This document shows, one piece after another, positions 14,229 through 28,617 of a stretch of 64,000 nt of DNA. The stretch is from Octopus vulgaris. Lineage: Eukaryota. The notes below the pieces were generated by a model that saw only the letters and a list, made by a program, of their open reading frames with translations, was not told the origin of the DNA and did not search any database. The stretch spans positions 57,722,001-57,786,000 of the forward strand of contig OX597828.1 of NCBI GenBank assembly GCA_951406725.2. The letters are read 5' to 3'. The number at the start of each line of letters is the position of its first letter. Within the stretch, counting starts at the first letter, position 1. A program made the translations under genes and the position numbers.

Positions 14229-15484
14229 GAAACACAACAAATAATAAATGTTACTTCACGAGATGCCACGTAGTGATTCGATCTACATGAATAGGCCATC
14301 GAAATTTATTCAAATTATATCCTGCTTTTATTTTTGAAATAAAAACCACTCAGACATTCCAGAAAGAAAACCCATAACGCTATGTCTGAGTAAAAGACAG
14401 GATGTTTAAGGATGGTAAATTTTAATGGGTGGGACTGAACAACAAGAACGCCAACGAACACAAATTTTAACAATTACAACTTTCTCCTGATTGACTACAG
14501 GTATCGTTATCAAACTCGTTGCATAGAGTGTTCGTTATTTCGTCCGCCAAAATATTGGTTTTATTTATTTTTTTTTTTTTCATTCTATTTTTTAAGCAAG
14601 ACTAATTTAAGAATGGGAAGATATGAAATTAATGGAGTTTAGGAAGGGCGAATGTCTGCGCAAAAATACAAGCGATCAAAGGATACTGAGCCCATCGGGA
14701 AAATTAAGAATTTCACAGTCAAGAAACTCGACGCTTTCGCCTATTATCTAAAAGGCCTTTGATCCAAAGTGAACGTGTCTTTTCCCGGGATGAAAATTGG
14801 AAAGCCTGACTTTTACAATTTTTACTTCAAGCTAAACTGGAAATCAATGCTGTAATATATTCAATATATCATTAGTATTGTACTTTACATGCAAGATTGA
14901 TATATTCATGCCAAAGGACATTAGAATTCAATTACTGTATAATCACTGAAGGCTATTAGTATACAGTTTCTGTAATGATTCATATATAAACTTCCGTTTC
15001 AAATTGAAAACTACAGTTGAAATTAAGTTAAACAATATCTCCCATGAAGACAATTGCAAATAAAATGTATGGGTCACCCAACAGACAACAAAAGGGATGC
15101 CATGTGTGAATTATGCGCACACATACATTCACATATACACCATATAGAAATACATTATATTATTACAATTTTTTTTTTTTTTCCTTTTCATTCTTTCATT
15201 GTTTCCATTCATTCTATTGGAAGAAAGATAATTCTTTCTGTTGTACAAATCTCATTTGGTGTTCTTAGCATTCAATATATTTAGAATAAAGGAAAAAAAA
15301 AATTACTCTTGAAACAGCTTAGAACGCCTCATTCTTATTATGTGGAATCACATTAATCAGAATTAAGCTCCGATAATAGATAAATATTCTTACACACCTA
15401 CACAAACACAAACACACACACAAGCAAATTCACACACATGAGTACATGAATACATACGTACATGTATTATGCATACATACATAC

Positions 15485-15517
<33 letters not shown>

Positions 15518-15804
15518 TATATATATATATATATCCTATTGACGCCCAATGTATTTAACATGTATTACACGTGTGGGTGCGTGGGTGTGTGAGTGGGTGT
15601 TATATACTTTATACGTAAATTTACAGTCAGAATTTATTTACTTCAATTTAAGAATTTTGATTTATTGTTCATTGATTTCAATTAGCCTATGGTCTTGATT
15701 GAGCTATTACTCACTTCAATTATATGTGTGTGTTTAAATATGTTTTATCTCACCATAATTTTCCAATTTTCCCCCTCTTTCGTGACTACAAAGTATTCCA
15801 TCTT

Positions 15805-16090
15805 AGGCGGCGAGCTGGCAGAATCGTTAGCACGCCGGGCGAAATGCGTAGCCGTATTTCGTCTGCCGTTACGTTCTAATACAGACACACATACATATAC
15901 ACACACATACATATATATACGTATATACGACGGGATTCTTTCAGTTTTCGTCTACCAAATCCACTCACAAGGCTTTGGTCGGCCTGAGGCTATAGTAGAA
16001 GACACTTGCCCAAGGTGCCACGCAGTGGGAATGGACCCAGAACCATGTGGTTAGTAAGCAAGCTATTTACCACACAGCCACTCCTGCGCC
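15805..16090. mobile_element. Chimera of SINE-B head (+) and SINE-A 5' half (-)
   Basis: ggcggcgagctggcagaa...gttacgttct abuts the SINE-A microsatellite and reverse-complement head. Confidence 0.8.
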
Positions 16091-17234
16091 AACAACAATG
16101 ATGACACCTTGAGAAGTGTCTTATGCTAAATGCTTTATTCATAACCCTTGTTAAATTTGTTTCCTCATCGAAGCAATGTTTTCCTTTTTGGGGGACTTAT
16201 TTTAAACCCATCAACATTTTTCTATGTGCACGTCTAAACATTTGTTTGAGGAAAATATAATAATGTATGAGTGCATCTTGGCTGAACCCGGTCTTCAAAT
16301 AAAACACACGAAGAGCTTAGAAACACTAAGTAGCTCTGAATTCTTTGAGGTCGGTACATCGTTTGAACGGTTATCTATGTAATAATCGTTAAATATGTTA
16401 GTTATATATTAAAAGATTTGGAAGTATATCCAGCTAAAATAGAAGTTCGATCGATCTTATTATACAATTCCAGTTTACAACATACAAGCAAAAGGTTATG
16501 TGCGAAATTAGCTAGAAATTAAAGATGTACGGGTTAGATGAGTCGTGGAGATAAAAAAAATTCTACGTCAATATCATCGAATTGCTGCCAAAGTTTTGGA
16601 ACTGGTCCATGTAGTCGTATGAAAATTGAAAGCTAAATCAGTTTTATTTTTTGCGTCGTAAAATTGTTTCCACTAAATTCCTATCATGCACAGGAATATT
16701 TTATTAACTCGCAGATATTTATAAAAGGTCATTCTAAATATATTTTCAAGAATTCAAAAATATAACCAAAGATGGGAGGATCAGCAGTGTGACCTTTGCC
16801 TATTTACGTCAAAAATTCCTATCCACATTGAGATGCTTATCTCCAGCAAATCAAAATTTGCCGCTAAACTAAATCCACTCCTTTTCTTATTCTTTCATTC
16901 TTACGTCTGTATAAGTTTTTCAAAAGTAGAATTCTCGTAAGAAAATATGCTGAATCGTATTTTGAAGGGTAGCAAGCTTACTCTGTTAGAGTGTTGTTGA
17001 GAATGTGTATTCTCATAAAATATGTACCATTATAAAGAAAGCTCTGTATAATTACTTCTAATTTAGGAACAAGATCAGTAAGTTTGATGAGGTGCTAGTC
17101 TATATTCTTCGACAGAGTACATACGTGTTATTTTCTTTTATCGACTCCAAGCGGACCACAGGAAAATTAACCTCAGCAGATTTGAACTGTAAAATAACGA
17201 AGGAAATATTGCAATATCACGAATGCTTTTATAC

Positions 17235-17292
<58 letters not shown>

Positions 17293-18187
17293 GCATTCTG
17301 GTATATCTACAAATTCTGTGAAACCACCATCCTCAGAGGAAATCGAATATAACAGAGTGGGCTTTATTAGTTCTCTTGAGAATATATTCAGTTTTAGCAC
17401 TATCTCTAAATATTGACACGCGAGCAATATTAGCCACATAATGTCGACCAGAAGTTTTTCACTGTAAAGTACATTACACTTACTATTATATTAGTCATTA
17501 TGTAGTGACAAATTAATTCGAGATCTGGTCGCCATTGCGTTGCCTGTGGCGCCGTAATGGTGGACAGTCACCCCAATGGCGCCCAGAACGAGATCTGGTC
17601 ACCATTGCGTTGCCTGTGGCGCAGTAGTGAAATGGGTCGTCTAGTAAGTAGTGCACTGGTTTTACTACAATCTGCAGTAGAGAAATACTATCAATTGTAA
17701 TAACAACCTCTAAATAGCTCTTATTTTAAATACCAATGCTGCCATCCTTGAAGACCACCTTATACTTAGAAGATTTTAGATATGATCACAAAGTATAAAA
17801 TTGAGGAAATATCGTTTACTGAAGTGTTCTGAACGATACTTATTGTCTTGATTTAGGAGAAATGGACGTTAGCGTATTTCTCAGCAGGACATTCGCTCGG
17901 AACATAGAATTTCAAAACTTAATTATATTTATCATTTAGTATGTCGCTTCGCTCTTACTCCTAACTTGCTAAGCAAACTCTCACCATTATATACTAACAT
18001 ACAAATGTTATGTATCGTAAAGTGACAGTTCCGGAAAACCAGCCAAGATATTTTGCTGCTGGAAATAGAGTACTTCAGAACATTCTCTGAAGGCAGTCTA
18101 ATTCGTAATGATTCTAAGCGGAGTTTTCAAGCATGTCACTGTAAATTTCCTATCTCGCAGAAGTGTGGTAAATCTAAAAAGATATTT

Positions 18188-18610
18188 TTAGCACACTGGA
18201 CGAAATACTTAGCGGCATTTCGTCCGTTCTTAAATTCTGATTTGAAATTCCGTCGAGGTCGACTTTGCCTTTCATCCTTTCGGGTCGATAAATTAAGTTC
18301 CAGTTGAGTACTGAGGTCGATGCAATCGACAATCCCCGTCCCCCAAATTTCAAGCCCTGTGCTTATAATAGGATTTATTATTATTGTTGTTGTTGTTGTT
18401 GTTATTAAGGCGGTGAGGTAGCAGAATCGCTAGCATGCCGTACGAAATGTTTAGCGGTATCGTCGCCTCTCTGAGTTCAAATTCCGTCGAGGCCGACTTT
18501 GCTCTTTCGGAATTCTTTCGGAATCGATAAATTAAGTATCAGCTGTAATCGATTAGTTCCCACTCCCAAAATATAATTTCAAACCTTGTGCCTATTGTAG
18601 ATAGGATTAT
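18188..18610 (+). mobile_element. Two tandem SINE-B copies
   Basis: Core motif at ~18255 and ~18490, each with a ccccaaatttcaa..cttgtgc tail. Confidence 0.82.
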
Positions 18611-18619
18611 TGTTATTAT

Positions 18620-19777
18620 TTTCGCTTTATCACAAGTTTTCTTGGAGCTCCCAGTGTCTTGCATGCGTAGCGGGCTTACTACCTGCAACCTACAGTACTA
18701 TGCTATTCTTTCTTTTCAACTAATACTATCTTGATTATTCTGGCGGTGCCAAGGAGGCAAACCTTTTTTATAACAGTTCTGCTGGGCACTCTATTCCAGT
18801 TTCCTTTATATTCCCCTTGATGCCTTCTGATATTGTTCCCAAGGACCCAACAATAATTGGCACTATCTTCACCTTCTTCATTTTCCATAGCCGGGTTATT
18901 TCATACTTAAAATGGTTGTATGTATCTATATTTTCACCTTCCTTCTTGACTATTCGTAAGTCAATGAGGCATGCAACATCAACCATATAGCATATGTAGT
19001 GCACCTTGTCGACCACCACTAAGTCCGGGCTATTATGCTCTAGCACCTGATCTGTTTGGATTGGGAAATCCCAAAGAATTTTGCTAGTCTCAGACTCAGC
19101 GACTCTCTGCTGTTTATGCTCATACCACGTCTTGCATCTCTCTAGCCTTTACTTTTCTCACAGTTTCCAGTGTAGTACTTTCGCTACCTGGTCGTGTCGC
19201 CACAATCTGTATTGGTCTGGAGCAAGTCTAGGACATTCTTTCCTTTCATTGACCGTATTGGAAATGTGACATAGCAGCGACACTTGCTCATGCCTCAGGT
19301 TGATCCTCCAGTTCGTGGCCAGAGCTTGGTCCTGCGCTGCCAGGATATTGCACCCGATTTCTTTTTCTAAGGTTCTTTTCATCAGCCATTCTCATCAATC
19401 TTTTCCAGCAACTTCGGTTGTGGCTGCAAGAAACTGATTGTGGAGTCCCTTCTTGGGTAATTATTCTTCATATCCTTTTTGTATTTCCTCCTTTGTTTTC
19501 CCTTTTTTCTCTGCTCTCAATGTTCCCTCATTCCTAACTGACACTAACAAGGTTTCCTTATATTGGCCTAGGTACTTCCTGAAGCTCTCGAGTTCGTTAC
19601 GCACGCAATCTTCCACACTTATCAGTCCTCTTCCTCCATTTGCTCGCTTCATGTATTGGCGATCAGTGTCTGCAAGTGGATAATGGGCTCCACGCTTCGT
19701 TTGGAGCTTTCTTGACTTCCTGTCCTTCTCCTTTAACTCCTCCTCTGTCCACTTCATGATTGCAGCGCCTTACCGAA

Positions 19778-19778
<1 letters not shown>
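18620..19778 (-). mobile_element. R4/Dong-clade non-LTR retrotransposon, 5'-truncated and decayed
   Basis: KWTEEELK..DRKSRK, GGRGLISVEDCV, QDQALATNWR, RHDQVAKVLHWKL, ILWDFPIQTD, SPDLVVVDK (restriction-like endonuclease), LLGTARII; (TAA)n at both ends. Confidence 0.9.
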
Positions 19779-19871
<93 letters not shown>

Positions 19872-19872
19872 T
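19779..19872. repeat. (TTA)n microsatellite at the 5' junction of the Dong element
   Basis: Seen directly. Confidence 0.97.
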
Positions 19873-20634
19873 TAGTAATGCCTTTGGAAAGCTATTAAAT
19901 ATTACAGCCTATCACTACCACCGTATGTTATTGTAATATTGCTTGAGCCAAATTAAAATATTACGTACTATATTAAATTATAATGAAGCACTTTGAATAG
20001 CAATCTTATATTAGAATGTTCGCTTTTTATTGTAATATGTTACAAATTCAATTACATTCAGGATGACCCCCGCATAACGAACTACTCTTTTAAAGTATAA
20101 TATTAAAACAAGATCCATGTCGCGTATTAATTGAAACTGAGTTTACTTTTATTGATTGTTTTTATCGATGAGTATTTGCTACTGAACAGAGCAACTCCTA
20201 ACTTGGAACGAAAACTCAGTATTGATTGAAATAAAATGGAATTTTAATAACAACGCTTATCTCATCATTTTCCTGTCCTCTCCTGAAAACATCCACAATA
20301 CGAATTTATTATATTTTAATTAATGACGCAAGAAAAGCATTAATCAGATCCGGTAGATTTTAAGTATATTTTTGCTACATAAATACAGTGTATGGGGAAT
20401 ATTATATTTCCGAAATACGACACATAACAGGTATTTTTTGCAAACTTCAAAAACTTGTTTTGTTATAGGGATTAGTTCGTTGCTTGTTGTGTTATAATTA
20501 GTGCTTCTTCTGTGGTATGTAATGTGTGCAATATGGCCTGTGAAATTTTCTGAATTACGTTGTTTTAATTTAGTAAATGCGTATTGTACAGGATGTGTGT
20601 TATGTGTGATGAGTGTCATATTTGACGCATTGTG

Positions 20635-21095
20635 TTGAATTGATAATTTCTTGCTTAGGATACTGGCCGTTCCGAGCAGAACAATTTTTTGGACAAAATG
20701 TAGTATTGCGAGTCTTGGTGCAGTTTCTTTGTATATATTCATGTATTTTATCATACCTACTACACTAGATATCATTGGTACTGTTTTCCCTTGTATGCCC
20801 ACATCCTGAATATTTCGATTTTAAAAACCCTTGTATTTAGCCAGGTTTTCCACTTATAGAGCATTAGTGTGGTCATAGAGATTGTGATAGCTATCAGGGG
20901 ACATGTGATCTGTTTTTCAATCCTTGATTATCATGCCTGGACAGTAGTTCCTGATTTCTTTGTCATTTTGGACAGGAATATCCCAGATAATCGTGGCACC
21001 TTCGTTGGGATCTACCATATTTATATCATATCATGTCTCTGATCGCATGAAAGTTTTGGTATATTGCCTAGTGCGCATAGCTGCCAACCCGATCG
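20635..21095 (-). mobile_element. Old R4/Dong endonuclease-domain fragment
   Basis: IIWDIPVQNDKEIR, TVPMISSVVGMIK, VQKIVLLGTASILSKKLSIQ. Confidence 0.75.
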
Positions 21096-21449
21096 TGCGT
21101 GTGTGTGTGTGTGTGCGTGTGTGTGTGTATGTGTGTGTGTGTGTGTGTGTGCGTATTCAGATTTCGCGAAGACAAGAAAACCATACATATATTGTTAGTA
21201 GAACATTCTGTAATCAGAGTTACGATGCTTTCATTACTTTATTTTTACAATTGTTTGTGATCAGACGCTGGATTTTTGCAGCGAGAATCAGTCCTTCCGG
21301 TTCTGCGTTTAAACCGGAGCTTTTGAGACAGTAGGGGATTTCACATTTACTTACCTCTCTGTGGGGACTGGCGAAGTATTCATTATGGAGATTCTTTTCT
21401 TTGAAATATTTTCTTTAGTAAATTCAGTAATTCGATAATCATGTTTTTT

Positions 21450-21665
21450 AGAGTGCTCAACTCATGATCGTACGATCATAAGTTCGATTACCAGCGCTGG
21501 TTGTGTCCTTGAGCAAGAAACTCTATTTCATGTTGCTCCAGTCCAAGCACCTGGCAAAAATTACTTGTACTTGTAATTCAAAGGGCCATTATTGTCACAA
21601 TGCGTTACGCTGAAACTTCTGAGAACTTAGTCAAGGATATATGTGTCTGTGAAGTGCACAGCTAA
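21450..21665 (+). mobile_element. SINE family D (tRNA-like head plus gtgtccttgagcaag motif)
   Basis: B-box agttcgattacc; related pieces at 24948, 53385-53650 (-) and ~63390-63500 (-). Confidence 0.6.
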
Positions 21666-22069
21666 ATTTATGTACTTAAGTATATGTATGTATGCATGTA
21701 TGTATGTATATATGTATATACTTATGTGTGTATGTGTTTGTATCCCTTTAATTTAGCTGCTGAGCAGAAGAGACTGATAGAATAAGTCCAGGGGTCAATT
21801 TCTTCGACTAAAGGGTGGTGCTCCAGCATGACCACCGCCAAATGACTCAAATAATAAAAGAATACCAGAAAAACGTTCCGTAACACTAAAGCAAGAGGGT
21901 TCTCTGAATATGTACGATGTATTTTAAGGCTAAATCGTGATTTTGTTTACTTTTGCGTAACGGAGATATTTTGATTGGATTCTACACTCATCGGTTTTAC
22001 ACTTCTTTCTATTTTCTGTAATTGTCGCAATATACTCAGCTACTATAGGAGCAAATCCTGATTTCTTTT

Positions 22070-22431
22070 TTTTTTTTTTGAGGTGGTGGGGGGGCAGTCG
22101 ATTATATCGATCCCAATACGCAACTGGTAATTAATTTATCGACCCTGAAAGGATGAAAGGCAAAGTCGACCCGGCAGAATTTGAACTCAGAATGTAGTGA
22201 GAGACGAAAATACCTATTTCTTTACTACCCACAAGGGGCTAAACACAAAGAGGACAAACGGATTAAGTCGATTATATCGACCCCAGTGCGTAACTGGTAC
22301 TTATTTAATCGATCCCGAAAGGATGAAAGGCAAAGTCGACCTCGGCGGAATATGAACTCAGAACGTAACGGCAGACGAAATACGGCTACGCATTTCACCC
22401 GGCGTGCTAACGTTTCTGCCAGCTTACCGCC
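22070..22431 (-). mobile_element. SINE-B dimer
   Basis: Two cores at ~22150 and ~22320 joined at gacgaaaatacctatttc. Confidence 0.88.
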
Positions 22432-22550
22432 TTTAACTGTCACAATATAGAAACATTTCTCATGGCACTAGGATACAATTTACAGATGTGCCTATAGTAG
22501 AAAGTATTATTATCATTATTATTATTATTATTATTGCTATTGTTCTTGTT

Positions 22551-22599
<49 letters not shown>

Positions 22600-22615
22600 T
22601 TATTGTTATTGCTAT

Positions 22616-22647
<32 letters not shown>

Positions 22648-22659
22648 GTATCATCATCA

Positions 22660-22800
22660 TTAATATTTTTGTCTTTGCACAGCTTCTAACGCTGGAGAAG
22701 TATTATAGTGTTAGCTGTTCACCACCAGTGAACAGCTTATTTTTCGAGCACCTTCTGGAGTATTCGAGCATCTTGGTCAACCAGGCCTCGTATAGTGTTT
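22660..22800 (-). mobile_element. Probable 3' end of a (TAA)n-associated retroelement
   Basis: cttctaacgctggag...gctgttca..accagtg shared with 31735-31810; both directly follow (ATT)n. Confidence 0.55.
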
Positions 22801-23657
22801 AGTATGTAGATTACTTTAATCTGAATTATTTATCACAGATCTTATCATAAATTTTACTTTGCAATTCAATTTCAAGCGGTAACGTTTCTTCCCAATTATT
22901 ATTACAGCGAAAATGAAATTTGATGCTGCCATGTATTGACATTATCGGACTATATCACATAATTTATTTTGAACTCTAGAAATTACCTGTACTTTATATT
23001 TCTTTAAGTAAACACCGGTTGCTTTCTATACACACAAACATACACACACATACATAAACATGCATGTACATGTATATGTATATACATACACAAGCATATT
23101 TATATATATATATGTTTGTCTGTGTATTTAGAAATATATATTACGTTATACATTTATTTATGCATATATATGTATACATACGTATATACACATGTTAAAA
23201 CTTACATATACATGTAAGCATGCGTGTAGGTAATGGTATATGGATGCTTCTGTTTCACTTTTATCTCTCTCTCTCTCAAGGGAATAGACTTTCAATTGAA
23301 AAAGTTTTTTTGTTTAAAAATTGTATTCTGTCTTCTCTATTCAATCTTCCGACAAACAAAATACATTTGTTATATACTAATATATGCGTATGTATATAAG
23401 AGAGGGAAAGAGAGAGACAGAGAGTGAGAAAGAGAGAGAGACAGAGAGTGAGAGAGAGAGAGACAGACAGGAAATCAATTGTGTGTTTGTGCATTTATAT
23501 GCGTTTCTGACTTACGAATTAAATGTAGCTTTCCTTAATGTATATATGTGTATACATGTTCAAAATGCTGTACATACAAGAATATAATTTGCTACATATA
23601 CGAATATGTATATGTACACACACACATACATATATGTGTGTGTGTGCGTATGTATTG

Positions 23658-23695
<38 letters not shown>

Positions 23696-23703
23696 ATGTA
23701 TTG

Positions 23704-23769
<66 letters not shown>

Positions 23770-24258
23770 ATATATCTCTACCACGAACAATTCACGCAAA
23801 GGTTAAATATTTAATTTCTTATGAAAAATGCAAACACTATATATTTCGCAACCAATATCTAACATTTAAAGAAGTTTTAACACTTGAATAATAAATTTTT
23901 CAATTAAAAAAACAAACAAACAATGCTCTTCGTAGAATACGATATATAACAATATCAATAATATTGTATGAATGCTGGTTGTATGAAATATTTCTCCGAT
24001 TCACTAGATAACACTATAATTGCTTCAAAATTATCTTTGGAATTTCATTTATAAGAATATTATTCCACAAAAATATAACTATATTATACGTTATCGATTC
24101 GGTAAGAAATATTATGTCTCACATTTAGAATGGAAGATACTTAAGATTTCTATAAATTCTCTTCCAGCGGAAATTGAAAAAGATTTACCTGTTTATTAGT
24201 CTCAATATCTCACAGAGTTGCATTTTATTGTTTGTTTGTTTTTTTATATGAAATATGT

Positions 24259-24618
24259 ATATATATATAAAGCTGAACTTGTCTGTGTATGTCAGGTTTG
24301 CTAGCCTTCAACTAACACTATCTCCTCCGAGACCCTGCGGCGCAAGTTGACGCAAAATTGAGAGTATGATAAAAGAAGGCTTGCTCTTCCAACCGTAGCA
24401 GAAAAAATTCAAATCGGACCATGTTAACACCAAATATTATTTACCTCAAAAAGGTGCTTTTTTTCTATGAAAATCCCTATTTTTTATGATTTTTAGTCTG
24501 CTGTATCGCCATTTTTCGATGTATTTCAACCAGAAAAATGTTCACTTAAAAAGAATAACAAGTTACATAATGCAAAATTTTTACTTTTGAAAAATTCAAA
24601 TATCGCCGGGCTAGCTAT
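24259..24618 (+). mobile_element. Non-autonomous Helitron-like element
   Basis: 5' tatataaagctgaa..tgtctgtgt, internal aaatcggacca, 3' gccgggctagcta, resembling Lep1-type rolling-circle elements. Confidence 0.55.
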
Positions 24619-26613
24619 GTATATAAGAGTGAACGCGCGCGCGCGTGTGTTTGTTTGTGAAACCGAGCTCATGCGAAACGGTGTTTGCTGTTATGTCATT
24701 GTTATCATTGTGTAGCCCCAATACTTGTCCATATTTGTTGTTATTCATCCCTAAGTCAGTCTTAATCAAGTGCATTTAAGATGAAACGGATTCCATCCGT
24801 CGCTATCCCATTTTACCTAAGTTCGTGTTACCCATGGCCATATTATCTAGCATGCGCTTTCTTATGACGATTAGGTTTGATTTGAGGGAACGTCTAATAG
24901 ACCAAGCAGATAGTAGAATATTTGTGGTCTCATGGTGTGCATGAGTAGAGGCGCGTGGCTTTGTGGTTAGGGTGTCAGCATCATGATCGTAAGATTGTGG
25001 TTTCGATTCCTCAGTCGAGTTCCAGATTATCTTTGCTATTTTTGCTGGTTATGCTCGAGTTTGCTCCAATCTGGCCAACCCCAAGGAAAAATTAAGCTAA
25101 GAGCACTAGATTCCTTGGAAGAAAGCAACGAAAGCATACGAAAACTAGGACAGAAAACAAAATGGGGAAATGGTACACAAATACAATAACAGGACATTAA
25201 CAACGGATGTCTTTCGACTAAGGACGAATTATATTAAGCTGGTGTGTGTGGAAGTAAAGCCTTACGGCGGGGGCATATGGTTTGATAGGCACAGAGAGGA
25301 ATGTAGATGTTGCACGGATGGTAGTCGAACTAAGAAAGAAAGGTCATCTTTATCATCATTACAAACATCAACATCATCATCAATATCATTATTGTTTCAC
25401 CATGGTCGCCATCATAATTATAACTTTTTTAAATTAGCGGCAAAACTACTAAATTCAACATTAACTACAAGTTGGCTTATGTTCTCTGCCAACTTTGGGA
25501 CCGACTTTGATGACCCCACTGAACTTGTACCCAAAGCCATGTACACTATTATATCACAATTACTTGCATCACTGTAATTCTATTTTATTTCTTCATATTA
25601 TATCATTTAACAAATATTTATTGGTTTTCATTACATTCGTTAATCATTGTGAGTGTATATTTAATTAATGCTTTGCTTAATATATTCTATTAATATGTTT
25701 CTCTGATTAATATCTTTATCATTATCGTCATCGTCCTCAGCATCGTCGTTGTCGTTGTTGTAGTTGTTGTTGTTGTTGTTGTTGTTGCTGGTGGTGGTGG
25801 TAGTGGTGGTGGTGGCGGTGGCGTTGTCGTTGTTGTAGCTGTTGTTGCTGTTGTTTTTGTTGTTGTTGAAGGCAATGAGTAGGTAGAAACGTTATTGCAT
25901 CGGACAAAATTCTTAGCGACATTGCATCCGTCTTTGCGTTTTGTGTTCCAATGCTGCCGAGGTCGACTTAGGTTTTTATCCTTCTGGGGGTCGGTCGAGA
26001 ATTGTGGACGAGGATATTGACTATACCAAAATTTGTAAAAGGAATTGTTGATGTCGTTGCTGCTGTCTTCTCTCCGCTTCTTAGCCATTAGCCACAAAGA
26101 ATAATCTCTAATTCGAGCCTACTCTAAGCTACTAAGAATGCGTGTAGCAACTTGAAGATCCACCCACCACACGCGATAGACTGGCGATTGCACGGGCGCG
26201 GAAGCTACGTTGTTATCTTGATTCCGTAAACGGTGGCTTTTAACGGGTGGAAAGCTGAACCATCCTGGGTTACAGAGGATTCTCAATCTAGACTAGGGTC
26301 TGACAGTTTACCACACCATAGTGGATTACACCATGGTTCCTCTGCTTTGCGGCAGAAGTAGGAAGAAACAGTGAGAGATGGTTGTGGTGAAAGAGTACAC
26401 CGGAGTCCCCCTCCCCCCACCGGAGCCACGTGGAGCGTTGTTGCTGTTGTCATCTTAAGATGGTTGGCAGGCAGGAACTTTAGCGAGTCTCACAATGTTT
26501 GGTGGTATTTCAATGGTATAGGTAAGGATGGAATTATGAACATGCACTGACACAGACTTCGTCGCAAGTGGTGTGAATGTATACCTACGTTAACAGAAGT
26601 GGGTGTGTGCTTT

Positions 26614-26671
<58 letters not shown>

Positions 26672-26676
<5 letters not shown>

Positions 26677-26850
26677 AATGTAAGACGGAAGATGGAATAT
26701 ACGAGAGTTTATTATTAATCACGACAATTGTTTCGCCACATCTGGTATCGATCCCTCACGGGTGGGACACTCAACAACTGGTTCAGGAACATCTGGCGGT
26801 GCAAATGTATCTCGTCGAGATAAATAAATAAATCTCTTCAAAATAACAAT
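26672..26850 (-). mobile_element. Penelope-type terminal cassette with degenerate hammerhead, next to (TA)n
   Basis: Minus strand: (t)cgacga...long stem II region...GAAAC aatt GTC gtgat, then AATAAA. Confidence 0.55.
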
Positions 26851-26977
26851 TCTGCAATGTAACTTTTCGTTTTGCAGAAAGAAAAGCAACCAGACGGAGT
26901 AAATATCTTCATTTATATAGAAGATCAAAAGCAAAATCACAGATGGCAAAAAGAGAAACGAACACGCAATCCAGTAT

Positions 26978-27325
26978 ACAGGCAGGAGTGGCTAAGTAGC
27001 TTGCTTACCAACCACATAGTTTCAGGTTCCGTCCCACTGCTGTATTCTGCTTTAGCCTCGGGCCGACCAAAGCTTTGTGAGTGGATTGGGTAGACGGAAA
27101 CTGAAAGAAGCCCGTCGTATATATATATATATATATGTATATATATACACACATACATATGAAATAGCAAGTGTAGTTGTGTGGTAGATCGCTTGTTACC
27201 CAACCACATGTTTCCGGGTTCAGTTCCACTGAGTGGCACCATTGGGAAGTGCTTCCTACTATAACCTCGGTCTGACAAAAACCTTGTGAATGAATTTAGT
27301 AGACAGAAACTGAAAGCCTGCCATA
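26978..27325 (+). mobile_element. Two tandem SINE-A heads
   Basis: Head motifs at 26978-27120 and 27165-27325. Confidence 0.8.
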
Positions 27326-28467
27326 TATATATGTGTATATGTGTGTGTGCTTGTGAACATATTCATGTAGATAGGTAGGTAGGTAAGTAGGTATGTGTGT
27401 AGGTAGCTATGTAGGTAGGCAGGCAGGCAGATAGATATGTGTACATAAGTATATATATATAAGCATATATATATATATATATATATATATATTCGTAAAT
27501 GCAAGCAAATTTTATTTTTTACAGGCTTTGATGGATTTCTATTTGTTCATGAGTACACCATATGCTCACTACAATATTATGACTGAAATTTAACCGCAGA
27601 TTTTATGCTTTTATTTGACTATTTCAAATGTTGCTTTCATTTTTATCTTACACTAATATGAATTGCACTTAAACTTCACTCCAATTGCCTTGTAATAATA
27701 CTTCCTATTATTGACAGAGGTCTGAACTTCTTTAGGTGTTTTGGGGGTGGGGCGGAATATGCAGAGTCTTAGTCGATTACATCAACTTCAGTATTTAACC
27801 GACCCATTTTTCGCCCCCGAATGCATGAAAGGCAAAGTCGCCATCAATGCAATTAGAACTCACCAAACTAAAGACGAGCAAAATGCCTTTAAGCATTTTC
27901 CCCGTATCGTAAACGATCCTACCAGCTTTCTACCGTAACTGTATTGTAATAATGGATAAAACAAGGGCAAAACAAACAACATTTTCCAAGTAAGATTGCC
28001 ACATCATTATTCTCTAGATTTTATGCGGTTTTCTACTCAAAATTTATTGGTGAAATCAAAGTCACGACAAATATATGACCTCCCGCCACATTCACGTCAG
28101 CCATGATGTCACAGTTCATTATTAGCCGTGTCCATGCAACATCGATTCTATAATGGTTTCCCTCGTTCAGTATGGCTTGCTAGTCTACATATATTAAGGG
28201 ATTTGATAATAAGAAAAATAAGGCATGAAATCTATTTGATTGTTGCAGGCACCACTGTACGTGTAGAAAACGTTGATTTACTATAGGAATGAAGAATTAT
28301 GATTTCTTATTTTTAAATGTAGATACCAATTGAACAGAGATTTGTTTGTAACATACATACTCATATTAAAGAGGCAAGAAAGACCTACAAAAATATTTGT
28401 AGATTTTAGATTATAGTTGTGTACCCATAGTAATGAGCAAATATATTTATTGAAAATAAGTGACAAG

Positions 28468-28617
28468 ATTCTGTTGTGTCTGGGGAGTCATTTTCTTTTT
28501 GTGCCTTATAACGTAACACACTCACCGGTAAAATTTCCCCTTTTGGAAATTTTACCGTTGAGTGTGTTACGTTATAAGGCACAAAAAGAAAATGACTCTC
28601 CCCAGACACAACAGAAT
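28468..28617. repeat. Near-perfect 71-bp-arm hairpin with a 6-nt loop
   Basis: 28468-28538 pairs with 28545-28617, with one mismatch and one 2-nt indel; loop cctttt. Confidence 0.95.

Noticed and set aside
21255-21335. Two small hairpins followed by ACA (H/ACA snoRNA-like)
   Set aside because: No canonical ANANNA H box and the hairpins are too short.
21347-21400. tacttacct as a U1 snRNA 5' end or a minus-strand donor (MNTSPVPTE)
   Set aside because: Downstream sequence does not match U1, and no supporting minus-strand exons were found.
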